From NCBI GenBank assembly GCA_018830005.1, contig JAHJTE010000002.1, forward strand, positions 7,053 through 71,052: a DNA stretch of 64,000 nt. The letters are read 5' to 3'. The notes beneath the pieces were generated by a model that saw nothing but the letters and a program-made list of their open reading frames with translations, made no database searches and had not been told where the DNA came from. Position numbers and translations under genes: made by a program. Below are positions 7,424 through 17,543 of this stretch, piece by piece. The stretch is from Candidatus Omnitrophota bacterium (GTDB lineage Bacteria > Omnitrophota > Gorgyraeia > JAHJTE01). How positions within the stretch are numbered: the first letter of the stretch is position 1; each line of letters starts with the position of its first letter.

Positions 7424-8560
7424 ATGCCAAAGAAGGCGTTACTACTTTATATATCTGAGGTTTCCGGCCACCATCAGGCAACATTGGCTATTGAGAGTGC
7501 CTTAAAACGGCTTGATCAAAATATAGAGGTCTTGAATCTAAACGCCTTCAATTATACCACTCCAATCTCAGAAAAAATCATCAATCAACTTTACATCAAA
7601 GTAATTAAAAGAACACCTAAGATATGGAAGTATCTTTATGATAATCCCAGCGTAATAGAAAACACTCGGCAAATTAAAAAGACCATCCACAAACTAAATT
7701 CCCCGAAGTTAAAAATACTCATAGATAGATTCAAGCCCACTTGTATTGTATGTACACAGGCCTATCCTTGTGGAATGATTGCTGACTGTAAAAGGACGTT
7801 TGGTCTGAATATACCCTTAATCGGTGTCTTAACCGATTATGCACCGCATTCCTTTTGGATTTACGATGAAGTTGATTATTATATCGTCCCGGCAGAAGAA
7901 GTAAAGCAGGCATTCGTACAAAAGGGTGTTGAGGCAAAGAAAGTTATCAACTTCGGTATCCCAATTGACCCCAAGTTTGTCCAGAGCAAAAATAAAGAAC
8001 TTATTGCACACAAACTCGGCTTAAACCCTTCAGGGCCCATTATAATGATAATGGGGGGTAGCCAGGGAATAGGGCCCATTAAAAAAATAGTGAACGACTT
8101 AGAGGCATTTCCGTTTGAGTTACAAATTTTAGTTATCTGCGGCGTAAATAAAACTCTTCTTAAATGGCTAAAGCGTAAATCAAAAAAGGGCAAGAAAAAA
8201 CTAATTGCCTTAGAATATGTGGAGACAATTGATGAATTGATGGAAATCGCAAGTTTAATTATTACCAAACCTGGCGGACTTACAACAGCAGAAGCCTTAG
8301 CCAAAGGACTTCCGCTTCTAATCGTCAATCCTATCCCCGGCCAAGAAGTTGCTAATGCGAATTTTCTGACAAAGAAAGGTGCCGGAATAACAATTGAGAA
8401 AATGAAAGACTTCTCAAAGTCAGCTACAGAGCTGTTAATCGACCAAAAAAGATTAAACGACATGTCCTTTCAGGCGCGCCAAATCAGCAAACCCAAGGCT
8501 GCCATTGACATTGCTTCATTAATTATAAAACTATGTTCCAATACTTCATTTACAGACTAG
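7424..8560 (+). CDS. MGDG synthase/UgtP-like GT28 glycosyltransferase
   Basis: SGHHQA, LTDY..H..W, MGGSQG, ITKPGGLT and PIPGQE motifs. Confidence 0.85.
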   Translation: MPKKALLLYISEVSGHHQATLAIESALKRLDQNIEVLNLNAFNYTTPISEKIINQLYIKVIKRTPKIWKYLYDNPSVIENTRQIKKTIHKLNSPKLKILIDRFKPTCIVCTQAYPCGMIADCKRTFGLNIPLIGVLTDYAPHSFWIYDEVDYYIVPAEEVKQAFVQKGVEAKKVINFGIPIDPKFVQSKNKELIAHKLGLNPSGPIIMIMGGSQGIGPIKKIVNDLEAFPFELQILVICGVNKTLLKWLKRKSKKGKKKLIALEYVETIDELMEIASLIITKPGGLTTAEALAKGLPLLIVNPIPGQEVANANFLTKKGAGITIEKMKDFSKSATELLIDQKRLNDMSFQARQISKPKAAIDIASLIIKLCSNTSFTD

Positions 8561-9393
8561 CTCACTTCATAGTTTCACACTCACCGTTAAAGGTTGGCTA
8601 TTCAATAGCAAAATTTGTTGCTACTTGGCAGTATCTATGCTCGAATACAGACAGGAATATTGTTAAGAAAAACTTGAAGGCAATCTTTCCTGAAAAAAGC
8701 GATTCAGAAATTAAGGCAATTACAAAACAGGTATTTATCAATTTTGGCAAATATCTTGCAGATTTTTTGCGCTTTTCAAAAATAGATAAAGAATTTATCA
8801 AAAACAAAGTTAAAATTAAAGGCTTAGAAAGCATTGATAAGGTTTTAAGGCAATCAAACGGCGGCATAATAATCACAGCGCATCTTGGTAACTGGGAACT
8901 TGCCGGGGCTATCATGGGGGTACTGGGTTATAAGATTATTGGCATAGTGATGCCCCATAAACATAAAAAGGTGAGCGATTTCTTCAATAAGCAACGCCAA
9001 ATAAATAATATGGAGGTTTGTTCCTTAGGAAACGCGGCTCGTTTTTGTTTATCAGGATTAAAACAGAATAAGATGGTAGCTGTTGTGGCTGACAGGGACT
9101 TTACCGAGCATGGCCTAGTAACTGATTTTCTAAATAAAAAAGCGCTTTTACCCAAAGGTGCCGCTTCCTTTCATCTTAAGACGCAGGCTCCAATAATTTA
9201 TGCTTTTCTTACCAGATGCAAAGATGACACATTCAGATTTGAACTTGGACAACCCCCTAAGTTTAATTTAACAGGAGAGAAGGAAAAAGATATCGAAATA
9301 ATTATCAAAACATACATAACTATAATTGAAAAATACATAAAGACATATCCAGAACAATGGTTTATGTTTAGAAAATATTGGATAGATGAATAG
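8533..9393 (+). CDS. Lipid A lauroyl/PIM acyltransferase family protein
   Basis: TAHLGNWE, ADRD and YPEQWF motifs. Confidence 0.85.
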   Translation: MFQYFIYRLAHFIVSHSPLKVGYSIAKFVATWQYLCSNTDRNIVKKNLKAIFPEKSDSEIKAITKQVFINFGKYLADFLRFSKIDKEFIKNKVKIKGLESIDKVLRQSNGGIIITAHLGNWELAGAIMGVLGYKIIGIVMPHKHKKVSDFFNKQRQINNMEVCSLGNAARFCLSGLKQNKMVAVVADRDFTEHGLVTDFLNKKALLPKGAASFHLKTQAPIIYAFLTRCKDDTFRFELGQPPKFNLTGEKEKDIEIIIKTYITIIEKYIKTYPEQWFMFRKYWIDE

Positions 9394-9399
9394 CCCAAA

Positions 9400-10080
9400 A
9401 TGAATATCTGTGCCGTAATTCCATCTTATAATGCTAAGAGGACGATAAAGCCGATTATCTCCGCTTTAAAAAAAATAAATATTAAAGTAATAGTAGTTGA
9501 TGATGGCTCAACTGACAAGACAGAGGAAATTGCCAAAGAAGAAGGGGCAATAGTACTACGCCATAGGAAAAACGAAGGAAAAGGCGCAGCGTTACGTAAC
9601 GGTTTCAACTATGTAATCTCCAATACTGACTGCGACGCGATAATCACTCTTGATTCCGACGGTCAGCATGACCCCGAAAGCATTCCTAGCTTTATTACTT
9701 TGGCATATTCAGATGAAAAGATTGGCGTTGTAGTAGGTAACAGAATGAACCATGCAAAAAATATGCCCAGGATTAGAATATTAACCAATAAATTCATGTC
9801 TTGGGCAATCTCCAAACTTTGCCGCCAGGAAATCCCCGATAGCCAGTGTGGCTTTAGATTGGTCAAGTGTCACGTTTTAAAAAACATCAAACTTATGACG
9901 TCAAATTTTGAAGTTGAGTCAGAAACGCTGATAAGGGCAAGCCGCCTGGGTTATAAAATTGCCTCTATGCCCATAGAGTCAATTTATTCTAGAAAAATCA
10001 TCAGTAAAATAAATCCGATTATTGACACCTGTCGTTTTTTCATTTTTATAGCCAAAGAGATATGGATTTCGCTCTTTTAA
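9400..10080 (+). CDS. GT2 glycosyltransferase (DPM-synthase-like)
   Basis: IPSYN, VDDGSTD, GKGAA, DSDGQH and DSQCGFR motifs. Confidence 0.9.
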   Translation: MNICAVIPSYNAKRTIKPIISALKKINIKVIVVDDGSTDKTEEIAKEEGAIVLRHRKNEGKGAALRNGFNYVISNTDCDAIITLDSDGQHDPESIPSFITLAYSDEKIGVVVGNRMNHAKNMPRIRILTNKFMSWAISKLCRQEIPDSQCGFRLVKCHVLKNIKLMTSNFEVESETLIRASRLGYKIASMPIESIYSRKIISKINPIIDTCRFFIFIAKEIWISLF

Positions 10081-10718
10081 AAGAAAGGATGTTAAATGAG
10101 CAGCTAATCCGCCGCGGAATAGAAGATGTACGTGTATTAGAAGCATTCCGAAAGATAAATAGACATGAATTCGTTCCAGCGATTTTAAAAAAACAAAGCT
10201 ATGCTGACTGGCCGCTTGCGATAGGAGAAGGACAAACAATATCTCAACCCTATATTGTTGCCTACATGATTGAAACATTAAACTTAAAAGGGGGAGAGAG
10301 AGTACTTGAAATCGGCACAGGTTCAGGTTATCAGACAGCACTCCTTAGTAATCTAGCCAAAGAAGTTTACTCAATTGAAAGATCACGGGTCTTAGCAAAA
10401 AGAGCACAAGAAGCTCTCCAAAGATTAGAGATTGCCAATAACAAGGTAATCGTTGGTGATGGCACTAAAGGATTAGCTGAATTTTCTCCTTTCGATGCTA
10501 TTATTGTAAGCGCAGCCGCACCCCAGATACCAGCTCCGCTTACTAGGCAGCTAGCTCAAGAAGGAAGGATGATTATACCCATAGGAGAAAGATTTAGCCA
10601 GGTACTCATACGATTAACAAAAATTAAGGATAACATCAAAGAGGAAAGGTTAGTTTCTTGTGTGTTCGTTCCACTCGTTGGTGAATTTGGTTGGGGAGAG
10701 AAGGTAAATCATGAGTGA
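10062..10718 (+). CDS. pcm: Protein-L-isoaspartate O-methyltransferase
   Basis: GQTISQP, VLEIGTGSGY and FVPL motifs. Confidence 0.95.
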   Translation: MDFALLKERMLNEQLIRRGIEDVRVLEAFRKINRHEFVPAILKKQSYADWPLAIGEGQTISQPYIVAYMIETLNLKGGERVLEIGTGSGYQTALLSNLAKEVYSIERSRVLAKRAQEALQRLEIANNKVIVGDGTKGLAEFSPFDAIIVSAAAPQIPAPLTRQLAQEGRMIIPIGERFSQVLIRLTKIKDNIKEERLVSCVFVPLVGEFGWGEKVNHE

Positions 10719-11169
10719 AGAGCTATTAGTCTTATTAACTGCAGCAGCGCCTATATCTGAATTAAGAGGCGCTATTCCCTTGGGAATTATCAAATTCGGC
10801 CTGCCAATATATAAGACGTTATTTATTTCTCTTATCGGCAACATGCTTCCTGTTATTCCCATACTTATTCTTGTTCAGCCTTTTGCAGAGATGTTGAGAA
10901 AATTTGCCTTTTTCAAAAGATTCTTTGATTGGTTCTTCGAACGCACAAAAAGAAAGGCAGAGTTGGTTCAAAGGTATGAAGCCTTAGGCCTAATTCTTTT
11001 TGTGGCAATACCGCTTCCGGTTACAGGTGCCTGGACAGGCGCAGTTGCAGCTACTTTATTCAAGATTCGATTTCGCTATGCCTTGATAGCAATATTTGCT
11101 GGTGTGCTTATAGCCTGCGTTATAGTAACTACCTTAACCATAGGTAGCTATAATTTCTTCATAAAATAG
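10711..11169 (+). CDS. Small multi-drug export family membrane protein (COG2426)
   Basis: PISELRGAIP and FVAIPLPVTGAWTG motifs. Confidence 0.85.
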   Translation: MSEELLVLLTAAAPISELRGAIPLGIIKFGLPIYKTLFISLIGNMLPVIPILILVQPFAEMLRKFAFFKRFFDWFFERTKRKAELVQRYEALGLILFVAIPLPVTGAWTGAVAATLFKIRFRYALIAIFAGVLIACVIVTTLTIGSYNFFIK

Positions 11170-11171
11170 GT

Positions 11172-11675
11172 ATGATACACATTTATACAGGAAATGGAAA
11201 AGGTAAAACAACAGCAGCTATTGGTCTGGCTATGAGAAGAGTCGGCGCAGGAGGTAAGGTCTGCATTATTCAATTCTTAAAGAAAGGCATTTATAATGAA
11301 TTAAAATCATTAAACAAAGTATCAGGCATCACTATAAAACAGTTTGGTAGAAGCTGTCTGCTTAAGGCCAAGCCTACTAAAGAGGACAAAAAGTTAGCAA
11401 AGCAAGCGATTGCTTACGCAAAAGGAGTCATCCAGAAAAAAAACTACGACCTTTTAATTCTGGATGAAATAAATGTTGCTTTAAAATTAAAACTTATAAG
11501 TCTTAATATAGTTTGCGAATTTCTTAAGGCCTTGCCTGAATCTGTTGAGTTGGTACTTACAGGTAGGTATGCGCCTAAGAAATTAATTTCCTTAGCTGAT
11601 TATGTCGCTGAAATAAAAGAAGTGAAGCATCCCTTTAAATTAGGTATTCCTGCCAGGAATGGCATTGAGTTCTAA
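11172..11675 (+). CDS. cobO: Cob(I)alamin adenosyltransferase
   Basis: YTGNGKGKTTAA, ILDEIN, LTGR and HPF..GIEF motifs. Confidence 0.9.
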   Translation: MIHIYTGNGKGKTTAAIGLAMRRVGAGGKVCIIQFLKKGIYNELKSLNKVSGITIKQFGRSCLLKAKPTKEDKKLAKQAIAYAKGVIQKKNYDLLILDEINVALKLKLISLNIVCEFLKALPESVELVLTGRYAPKKLISLADYVAEIKEVKHPFKLGIPARNGIEF

Positions 11676-12535
11676 TGCATCTTTTAACCAAATTTAACAT
11701 CTATCTAATAGCATTTTTTCTAAATTTCCTCTTTCTTAACAATTCTTCTGCATCTGGCGATGACAAAGATATAAGGATTATTTCCATTTCACCTGCGGCA
11801 ACTGAAATTATCTATGCAATAGGTGCTGGTGATTCTTTAGTCGCTGTAAGCTCTTATTGTAATTGGCCGCCTGAAGCCAAGGCCAAAACCAAAATAGGTT
11901 CTTTCAGTTGGCCCAAGATCGAAAAAATTATTTACCTGCAGCCAGATATTGTTATTACTGCCGGATTAGAACAAGCACCAGTTGTTCAGCAGCTTAAGGC
12001 GCTTAATATTAGAACAATAGTCTGCTCTGCAAAAACAATAGAAGGGCTGTTTGGTGCTATTGAGGAAATAGCTTTGGCAGTGGATAGAATTGAGGAAGGG
12101 CAGAAGTTGATTAAAGTTATGTCAGCTAGGATAAATCAGATTAAAAGCAGATTTGAAGATATACCGGTTAATAAACGGCCAAAGGTTTTATTGGAGCTAT
12201 GGGATGAGCCTTTGATTGTTGCCGGAACTGATTCGCTTATCGGTCAGGTTATTGAGCTTGCGGGAGGCAAAAATATCGCCTATGATGCAATGCACGCCTA
12301 CAGTCGTTTTAGTTATGAGCTCGTGCTTAAGAGAAATCCTGACTACATCATCGCTGTTTATATGAAACGAGGCCAAGATAAGGAACGTATTAAGAATCGT
12401 TTTGGATATAGCAATATCAAAGCTGTGAAGAATGACCACATTATTTGTGACATTAACCCAGATATTATTTTAAGGGCTGGTCCAAGAATTACAGAGGCGA
12501 TTGATGAGATCAACAAAAGGATATACGCACAATAG
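11675..12535 (+). CDS. btuF: Cobalamin ABC transporter periplasmic binding protein
   Basis: RIISISPAATEIIYAIG; class III solute-binding protein; cob gene context. Confidence 0.8.
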   Translation: MHLLTKFNIYLIAFFLNFLFLNNSSASGDDKDIRIISISPAATEIIYAIGAGDSLVAVSSYCNWPPEAKAKTKIGSFSWPKIEKIIYLQPDIVITAGLEQAPVVQQLKALNIRTIVCSAKTIEGLFGAIEEIALAVDRIEEGQKLIKVMSARINQIKSRFEDIPVNKRPKVLLELWDEPLIVAGTDSLIGQVIELAGGKNIAYDAMHAYSRFSYELVLKRNPDYIIAVYMKRGQDKERIKNRFGYSNIKAVKNDHIICDINPDIILRAGPRITEAIDEINKRIYAQ

Positions 12536-13487
12536 GTCATTAATTATAATTGCTTTATTTGCGCTATTGATAATAGGATCTGTCCTGCATTTGTCTTTGG
12601 GTGCTGTAAAGATCAATATATTTACTCATCTTGATGAAATCTCCCTAAAGATTATTCAATTACGTTTTATGCGTCTTGTGCTTGCGCTTATTGCCGGCGG
12701 CGGCCTTGCCGTGAGCGGCGTCATCTTACAAGGCCTAACACGAAATCCTTTAGCCGAACCTTATCTTCTGGGCATCTCCAGTGGCGCAGCTTTAGGTGCA
12801 GTCTCTTGCTTATTAATCGGGGTTGATATCAGACTTCAACCTATCATATCTTTTTTATTTGCTGCCTTAACGTTTTATGCCGTATACTCAATCGCTAAGG
12901 TCAATCAAAAGATATTTATGCATTCCTTAATCTTATCCGGGGTAATAATAAGTATACTTATTTCCAGTGTGACAATGTTTCTTGTGTCTCTTTCTCCAAA
13001 TGAAGCCTTGCATGGAATGTCTTGGTGGTCATTAGGAAGCCTGCATATATTCAGTCAACCGCTGTTAATAATTGTGGGAGTAACAGTAACAATAGCAGTT
13101 GTCTTTAGCCTCTTTTTTGCGCGCAACCTTAATGCTATCAGCCTTGGAGAAGAAGAGGCAATGCATCTGGGCATAGATGTTGAAAAGACAAAAAAGATTC
13201 TGTTTTTGATTGCCGCATTAATAACCGCTAGCTTAGTATCAACCTGCGGTATGATTGGTTTTGTAGGTCTTATAATTCCGCATATGTGCCGCTTACTGCT
13301 TGGTCCAAATCATAGGGTTTTAATGCCAGCATCTGTTTTAGCTGGGGCGGCCTTTCTAATCATAGCTGATATATTCTCACGCAACTTAATGGGTTCTGTA
13401 GAGGTGCCTATTGGGGTCATAACAGCCTTGATTGGTGCACCTGTTTTTATTATTCTCTTCAAGCACAAACTAGGTTCAAGAGTATGA
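12504..13487 (+). CDS. btuC: FecCD/BtuC permease
   Basis: RNPLAEPYLLGISSGA, GEEEAMHLG and IGFVGLIIPH motifs. Confidence 0.85.
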   Translation: MRSTKGYTHNRSLIIIALFALLIIGSVLHLSLGAVKINIFTHLDEISLKIIQLRFMRLVLALIAGGGLAVSGVILQGLTRNPLAEPYLLGISSGAALGAVSCLLIGVDIRLQPIISFLFAALTFYAVYSIAKVNQKIFMHSLILSGVIISILISSVTMFLVSLSPNEALHGMSWWSLGSLHIFSQPLLIIVGVTVTIAVVFSLFFARNLNAISLGEEEAMHLGIDVEKTKKILFLIAALITASLVSTCGMIGFVGLIIPHMCRLLLGPNHRVLMPASVLAGAAFLIIADIFSRNLMGSVEVPIGVITALIGAPVFIILFKHKLGSRV

Positions 13488-14278
13488 ATTTGATAGATGT
13501 CGAAAATCTAAACTCCGGCTACGAAAAAGACAAAGTCGTCTTGAAGGACATTAGCTTTGAGGTAGGGGAAGGAGAGTTTTTAGGTATTATTGGCCCTAAT
13601 GGCTCAGGAAAGACTACACTCCTAAAATCATTAAGCGGCATCATCAAGCCTTTCAAAGGCAAGGTACTATTAAACAATAGAGACGTATACAAAATGAGTT
13701 TGCGCGAAATAGCTAGAGCCTGTGCCTTTGTTTCATCAGACACCTCAATTGCCTTTCCTTTTAGCGTATTAGATATAGTCTTAATGGGAAGAATCCCTCA
13801 TATAAAAAATTTAGGCGGCTATAGTAAAAATGATATACGCATTGTCAGGGAGTCTTTAGAGCTGACTGACAGCACTGCATTTATAAATCGGCCTATATAC
13901 ACACTTAGTGCGGGTGAACGCCAACGCGTCTTCCTTGCCAAGATGCTGGCTCAGGAGCCTAGGGTGGTTTTTCTTGATGAACCAACAACACATTTGGATA
14001 TTGGCCATCAAATCCAAATACTCAGCCTTTTAAAAAGATTTAATCAACAAGGAAAATTTACTATAGTGGTTGTTTTGCATGACTTGAACCTCGCAAGTGA
14101 ATTCTGCACCCGCCTAATCCTTCTTAATAACGGCAAGATTGAAAAGGCCGCTAGTCCAGAAGAAGTGCTCACCTATGAAATAATTGAAAAGGTTTATAAC
14201 ACCCTTGTGATTGTTAGTAAAAATCCAGTAAGTAGTAAACCCCATATATTATTAGTCAAGGAAGAAGAAAAGATATAG
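13484..14278 (+). CDS. btuD: ABC ATPase of the cobalamin/iron-chelate transporter
   Basis: GPNGSGKT, LSAGERQR, LDEPT and LHDLNLA motifs. Confidence 0.85.
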   Translation: MNLIDVENLNSGYEKDKVVLKDISFEVGEGEFLGIIGPNGSGKTTLLKSLSGIIKPFKGKVLLNNRDVYKMSLREIARACAFVSSDTSIAFPFSVLDIVLMGRIPHIKNLGGYSKNDIRIVRESLELTDSTAFINRPIYTLSAGERQRVFLAKMLAQEPRVVFLDEPTTHLDIGHQIQILSLLKRFNQQGKFTIVVVLHDLNLASEFCTRLILLNNGKIEKAASPEEVLTYEIIEKVYNTLVIVSKNPVSSKPHILLVKEEEKI

Positions 14279-14349
14279 TAAGTCCTTAAATTCTGCTTGA
14301 CATCTTGATAAAATAATCTAAAATAGATTTATCTTTGAAAATTAAATCC

Positions 14350-14521
14350 TACAGGTCCTTTCTCTAGGAAAGAGAAAGGGATAACAGGGAATCCTAAAAA
14401 GGGAACGGTCCCGCCGCTGTATAAGGTAACGAAATCCCAGAAAGCCACTTCTTAAAAGATCTTTTAGAGGGAAGGCAGGGAGAGTAGGTTATGAAGCCTT
14501 GAGTCAGAAAACCTGCCTGTA
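14350..14521 (+). ncRNA. Cobalamin riboswitch (transcriptional)
   Basis: AGGT...AACAGGGAA...CCCGCCGCTGT...GCCACT...GGGAAGG...GAGTCAGAAAACCTGCC core; promoter TTGACA(14297)-16-TAAAAT upstream; precedes cobC-U-T-S. Confidence 0.9.
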
Positions 14522-14560
14522 AAAATAAGCCTCGAGGAAGGGTGAAGTTAAACAGGGCGC

Positions 14561-14607
14561 AACCCCGAAGCTGACGATTAGAAGAATCGTAGATTTCGGG
14601 GTTTTTT
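14561..14607 (+). terminator. Riboswitch expression-platform terminator
   Basis: AACCCCGAAG...TTTCGGGGTT stem with T-run, just before cobC. Confidence 0.8.
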
Positions 14608-14617
14608 ATTTTTAAAA

Positions 14618-15223
14618 ATGCCTAAGAAGCTAATCTTAATTCGGCACGGTCAAACAGACTGGAATTATCAAAAAAGATATACTGGCTTTACGGATATAGG
14701 CCTAAATAAAAAAGGCAAGGCCCAGGCAAGAAGGCTTTCTAAGAAGTTAAGCAAAGTAGAAATTCATAACGTCTACGCAAGCAATATGAAAAGAACAGTT
14801 CAGTTTGCCAAGATAATCTTTAAAGATAAACCAGTAAAAGAATTTTCAGGGCTTCGCGAGATGAATTTTGGCATACTTGAAGGCTTGACATATCAGGAGA
14901 TTATGAAAAAGCACTCTCAAGCTTATACGAAATGGTTAGCCAACCCATCAAAACACACTATTCCAGAAGGTGAAAATTTAAATAATTTCGCAAAAAGAGT
15001 AAGAAAAACATTAAAGACGCTATTATCAGACAATAAGAATAAAACAATCGCAATATTTACTCACGCCGGCCCCATAAAAGTAATTTTATGCGATATTTTA
15101 AAAATAAGTTTAAGAGAGACTTGGCGTATAGAGCCAAAATCAGGCAGCATTAATATTATTGAATTTACTAGGGGCAAGGCTAGAATCCACTCTACATCCA
15201 ACACGGCATATTTAAATGGGTAA
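14618..15223 (+). CDS. cobC: Alpha-ribazole phosphatase (histidine phosphatase)
   Basis: LIRHGQT, LREMNFG and THAG motifs; cob context. Confidence 0.8.
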   Translation: MPKKLILIRHGQTDWNYQKRYTGFTDIGLNKKGKAQARRLSKKLSKVEIHNVYASNMKRTVQFAKIIFKDKPVKEFSGLREMNFGILEGLTYQEIMKKHSQAYTKWLANPSKHTIPEGENLNNFAKRVRKTLKTLLSDNKNKTIAIFTHAGPIKVILCDILKISLRETWRIEPKSGSINIIEFTRGKARIHSTSNTAYLNG

Positions 15224-15740
15224 GATTATATTTATTCTTGGCGGGGCAAGAAGCGGAAAAAGCGCCTATGCTGTTAAATTGGCTAAGGGGCTTGATAAAA
15301 AGGTCGCGTTTCTTGCTACTTGTCTACCTTTAGATAAAGAAATGAAAGAGCGAATCTCTCTCCATAAGAAAAAAAGGCCTGCGCATTGGCAAACATTTGA
15401 GCAACCTAAAGATTTGACCCCAACACTTAGAAAGATATGTCCTAAATTTAATGTTATCATTATTGACTGTCTTACAATTCTCATATCTAATCTTTTAGGG
15501 CAAGGGCTCAAATGTGCTGCTGTAGAAAATAGGATTGCTAAGATGTTGAAAATCCTTAAACAAAGTAAGCCTACATCAATCATTGTCTCTAACGAAGTCG
15601 GTTTAGGCATAGTCCCCGAGAACGCGCTAGGAAGAAGATTTAGGGACTTGGCTGGAAGAGTGAATCAGAACGTAGCAGCCAGAGCTAATGATGTTTTTTT
15701 TATGGTTTCAGGCCTGCCTTTAAAAGTCAGAAAGGGATAA
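15216..15740 (+). CDS. cobU: Adenosylcobinamide kinase/guanylyltransferase
   Basis: GGARSGKS, IDCLT and SNEVGLGIVP...RRFRDLAG motifs. Confidence 0.95.
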   Translation: MGKIIFILGGARSGKSAYAVKLAKGLDKKVAFLATCLPLDKEMKERISLHKKKRPAHWQTFEQPKDLTPTLRKICPKFNVIIIDCLTILISNLLGQGLKCAAVENRIAKMLKILKQSKPTSIIVSNEVGLGIVPENALGRRFRDLAGRVNQNVAARANDVFFMVSGLPLKVRKG

Positions 15741-15741
15741 A

Positions 15742-16803
15742 ATGGACAAAATACAAGAAATTATTAAGAAAATAGAGGAACTTGATCAAGGTCTTATGAC
15801 TAAGGCCCAGGCTAGATTAGATAACCTCACTAAACCGCAAGGAAGTTTAGGCCGACTAGAAGAAATAGCAAAGCTTATTGTTGGTATTAGCAGGAATGAG
15901 AATCCGTCTATTGGAAAAAAAGTAATTTTTACCTTTGCCTCTGATCATGGAGTAACGCAAGAGAAGGTAAGCGCCTTTCCAAAAGAGGTTACAGCACAGA
16001 TGGTCTATAATTTTTTAAGTGGCGGTGCGGGAATTAACGTCTTAGCAGGTTGTGTTGGCGCAAAGGTTATAGTTGCAGATATGGGAATTGCACTTGATTT
16101 AAAGCCGCATCCAAAACTAATTATCAATAAAATCAATTATGGTACCAAAAATATGGCAGCCGGTCCAGCAATGACAAGAGAAGAGGCGGTAAGGTCTGTT
16201 GAAGCAGGTATTGAAATATTTCTAGATGTGTTTAGAGAAGGCGTAGATATTGTCGGCACAGGAGAAATGGGCATTGGGAATACAACAGCCTCAAGCGCTA
16301 TAGCTGCCTGCCTACTAGAAGAGCCGGTTGAAAAAATGACAGGTAGAGGAACAGGCATTGATGATAAGGCCTTCTCTAATAAGGTTGGAGTAATAGAAAA
16401 AGCGCTTAGTATAAATAAACCAAATCCTAAAGACCCTTTAGATGTATTATCTAAAGTAGGTGGATTTGAAATAGGAGGCCTTGCTGGGGTAATTCTAGGG
16501 GCGGCCTCAAAAAGAATTCCTGTAGTCATAGATGGTTTTATTTCCGGAGTAGCTGCCTTAATTGCTTACAGGTTAGAGCCAAAAGTAAAGAATTATATGA
16601 TTGCTGCCCACTGTTCTGTAGAAAAAGGACATAGAATAATCTTAGACTACCTGGGTCTCAAACCACTCCTAGATTTAGAATTACGCCTTGGAGAAGGAAC
16701 CGGGGCTGCTTTAGGAATGGGAATAATTGAGGCTAGTATTAAAATCTTTACTCAGATGGCTACGTTTCAAAAAGCATCTGTTTCCGAGAAAATCGAAGAA
16801 TGA
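15742..16803 (+). CDS. cobT: Nicotinate-nucleotide-dimethylbenzimidazole phosphoribosyltransferase
   Basis: LTKPQGSLGRLE, GEMGIGNTT and LRLGEGTGA motifs. Confidence 0.95.
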   Translation: MDKIQEIIKKIEELDQGLMTKAQARLDNLTKPQGSLGRLEEIAKLIVGISRNENPSIGKKVIFTFASDHGVTQEKVSAFPKEVTAQMVYNFLSGGAGINVLAGCVGAKVIVADMGIALDLKPHPKLIINKINYGTKNMAAGPAMTREEAVRSVEAGIEIFLDVFREGVDIVGTGEMGIGNTTASSAIAACLLEEPVEKMTGRGTGIDDKAFSNKVGVIEKALSINKPNPKDPLDVLSKVGGFEIGGLAGVILGAASKRIPVVIDGFISGVAALIAYRLEPKVKNYMIAAHCSVEKGHRIILDYLGLKPLLDLELRLGEGTGAALGMGIIEASIKIFTQMATFQKASVSEKIEE

Positions 16804-17543
16804 AAAGGTTTTTAATTGCCCTCCAGTTTTTAACTACCCTGCCCATAAAGATTAAATCAGAGATTAAAAATGAGGATTTCGGTAAATCTTTATTGTATTT
16901 TCCTATAGTAGGGATGTTAATCGGTCTTTTATTAAGTTTAATTCTTTCTCTTTTTAACTTCTTGCCCCATTTGGTGTTAGGCGTATTTATCTTATTAGCG
17001 TCCTTTATCATAACAGGTGGAATTCACTTAGATGGATTCGCTGATACTTGTGACGGATTTTATGGCTCCAAACCCAAAAAAAAGATACTCGAGATAATGC
17101 GAGATAGTCGAGTCGGAACAATGGGGGTAACAGGTTTAGTCTGTCTCCTGCTTTTAAAGTTTGCACTTATCGTAAATACTCCCAAAGACATGCTTTGGAA
17201 ATTATTGATTATGATGACTGCATTTGCAAGGTTATCTCAAGTTCTTGCCTGCTATACTTCTGGATATGCACGTCAGGAAGGTAAGGCAAAATACTTCATA
17301 GAATATGCCCTTAAGAAAGATGCTGTTATCGGGGCCTTATTTACCTTGAGCTTATTCTTATGGCTGATGCAGATAAAAGGTGTTGCCCTGTTTCTTATTC
17401 CTATACCTTTAATATTTTTATTCATAAATTATATTAAGAAAAGAATTAATGGAATGACCGGCGATACAATTGGTGCAGTGAGTGAACTGGCAGAAGTGTC
17501 TATTTTGCTAAGTTTTCTTGTTATAAACAGGCTTTATATATGA
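16800..17543 (+). CDS. cobS: Adenosylcobinamide-GDP ribazoletransferase
   Basis: GGIHLDGFADTCDG, IMRDSRVG and GMTGDTIGA motifs. Confidence 0.95.
   Translation: MKRFLIALQFLTTLPIKIKSEIKNEDFGKSLLYFPIVGMLIGLLLSLILSLFNFLPHLVLGVFILLASFIITGGIHLDGFADTCDGFYGSKPKKKILEIMRDSRVGTMGVTGLVCLLLLKFALIVNTPKDMLWKLLIMMTAFARLSQVLACYTSGYARQEGKAKYFIEYALKKDAVIGALFTLSLFLWLMQIKGVALFLIPIPLIFLFINYIKKRINGMTGDTIGAVSELAEVSILLSFLVINRLYI

Noticed and set aside
12501-12535. Possible ACG start for btuC at 12525
   Set aside because: An in-frame ATG at 12504 with a GAGG SD is sufficient.
14401-14412. GGGAACGGTCCC resembling the REP-like motif
   Set aside because: It is part of the conserved cobalamin riboswitch core.
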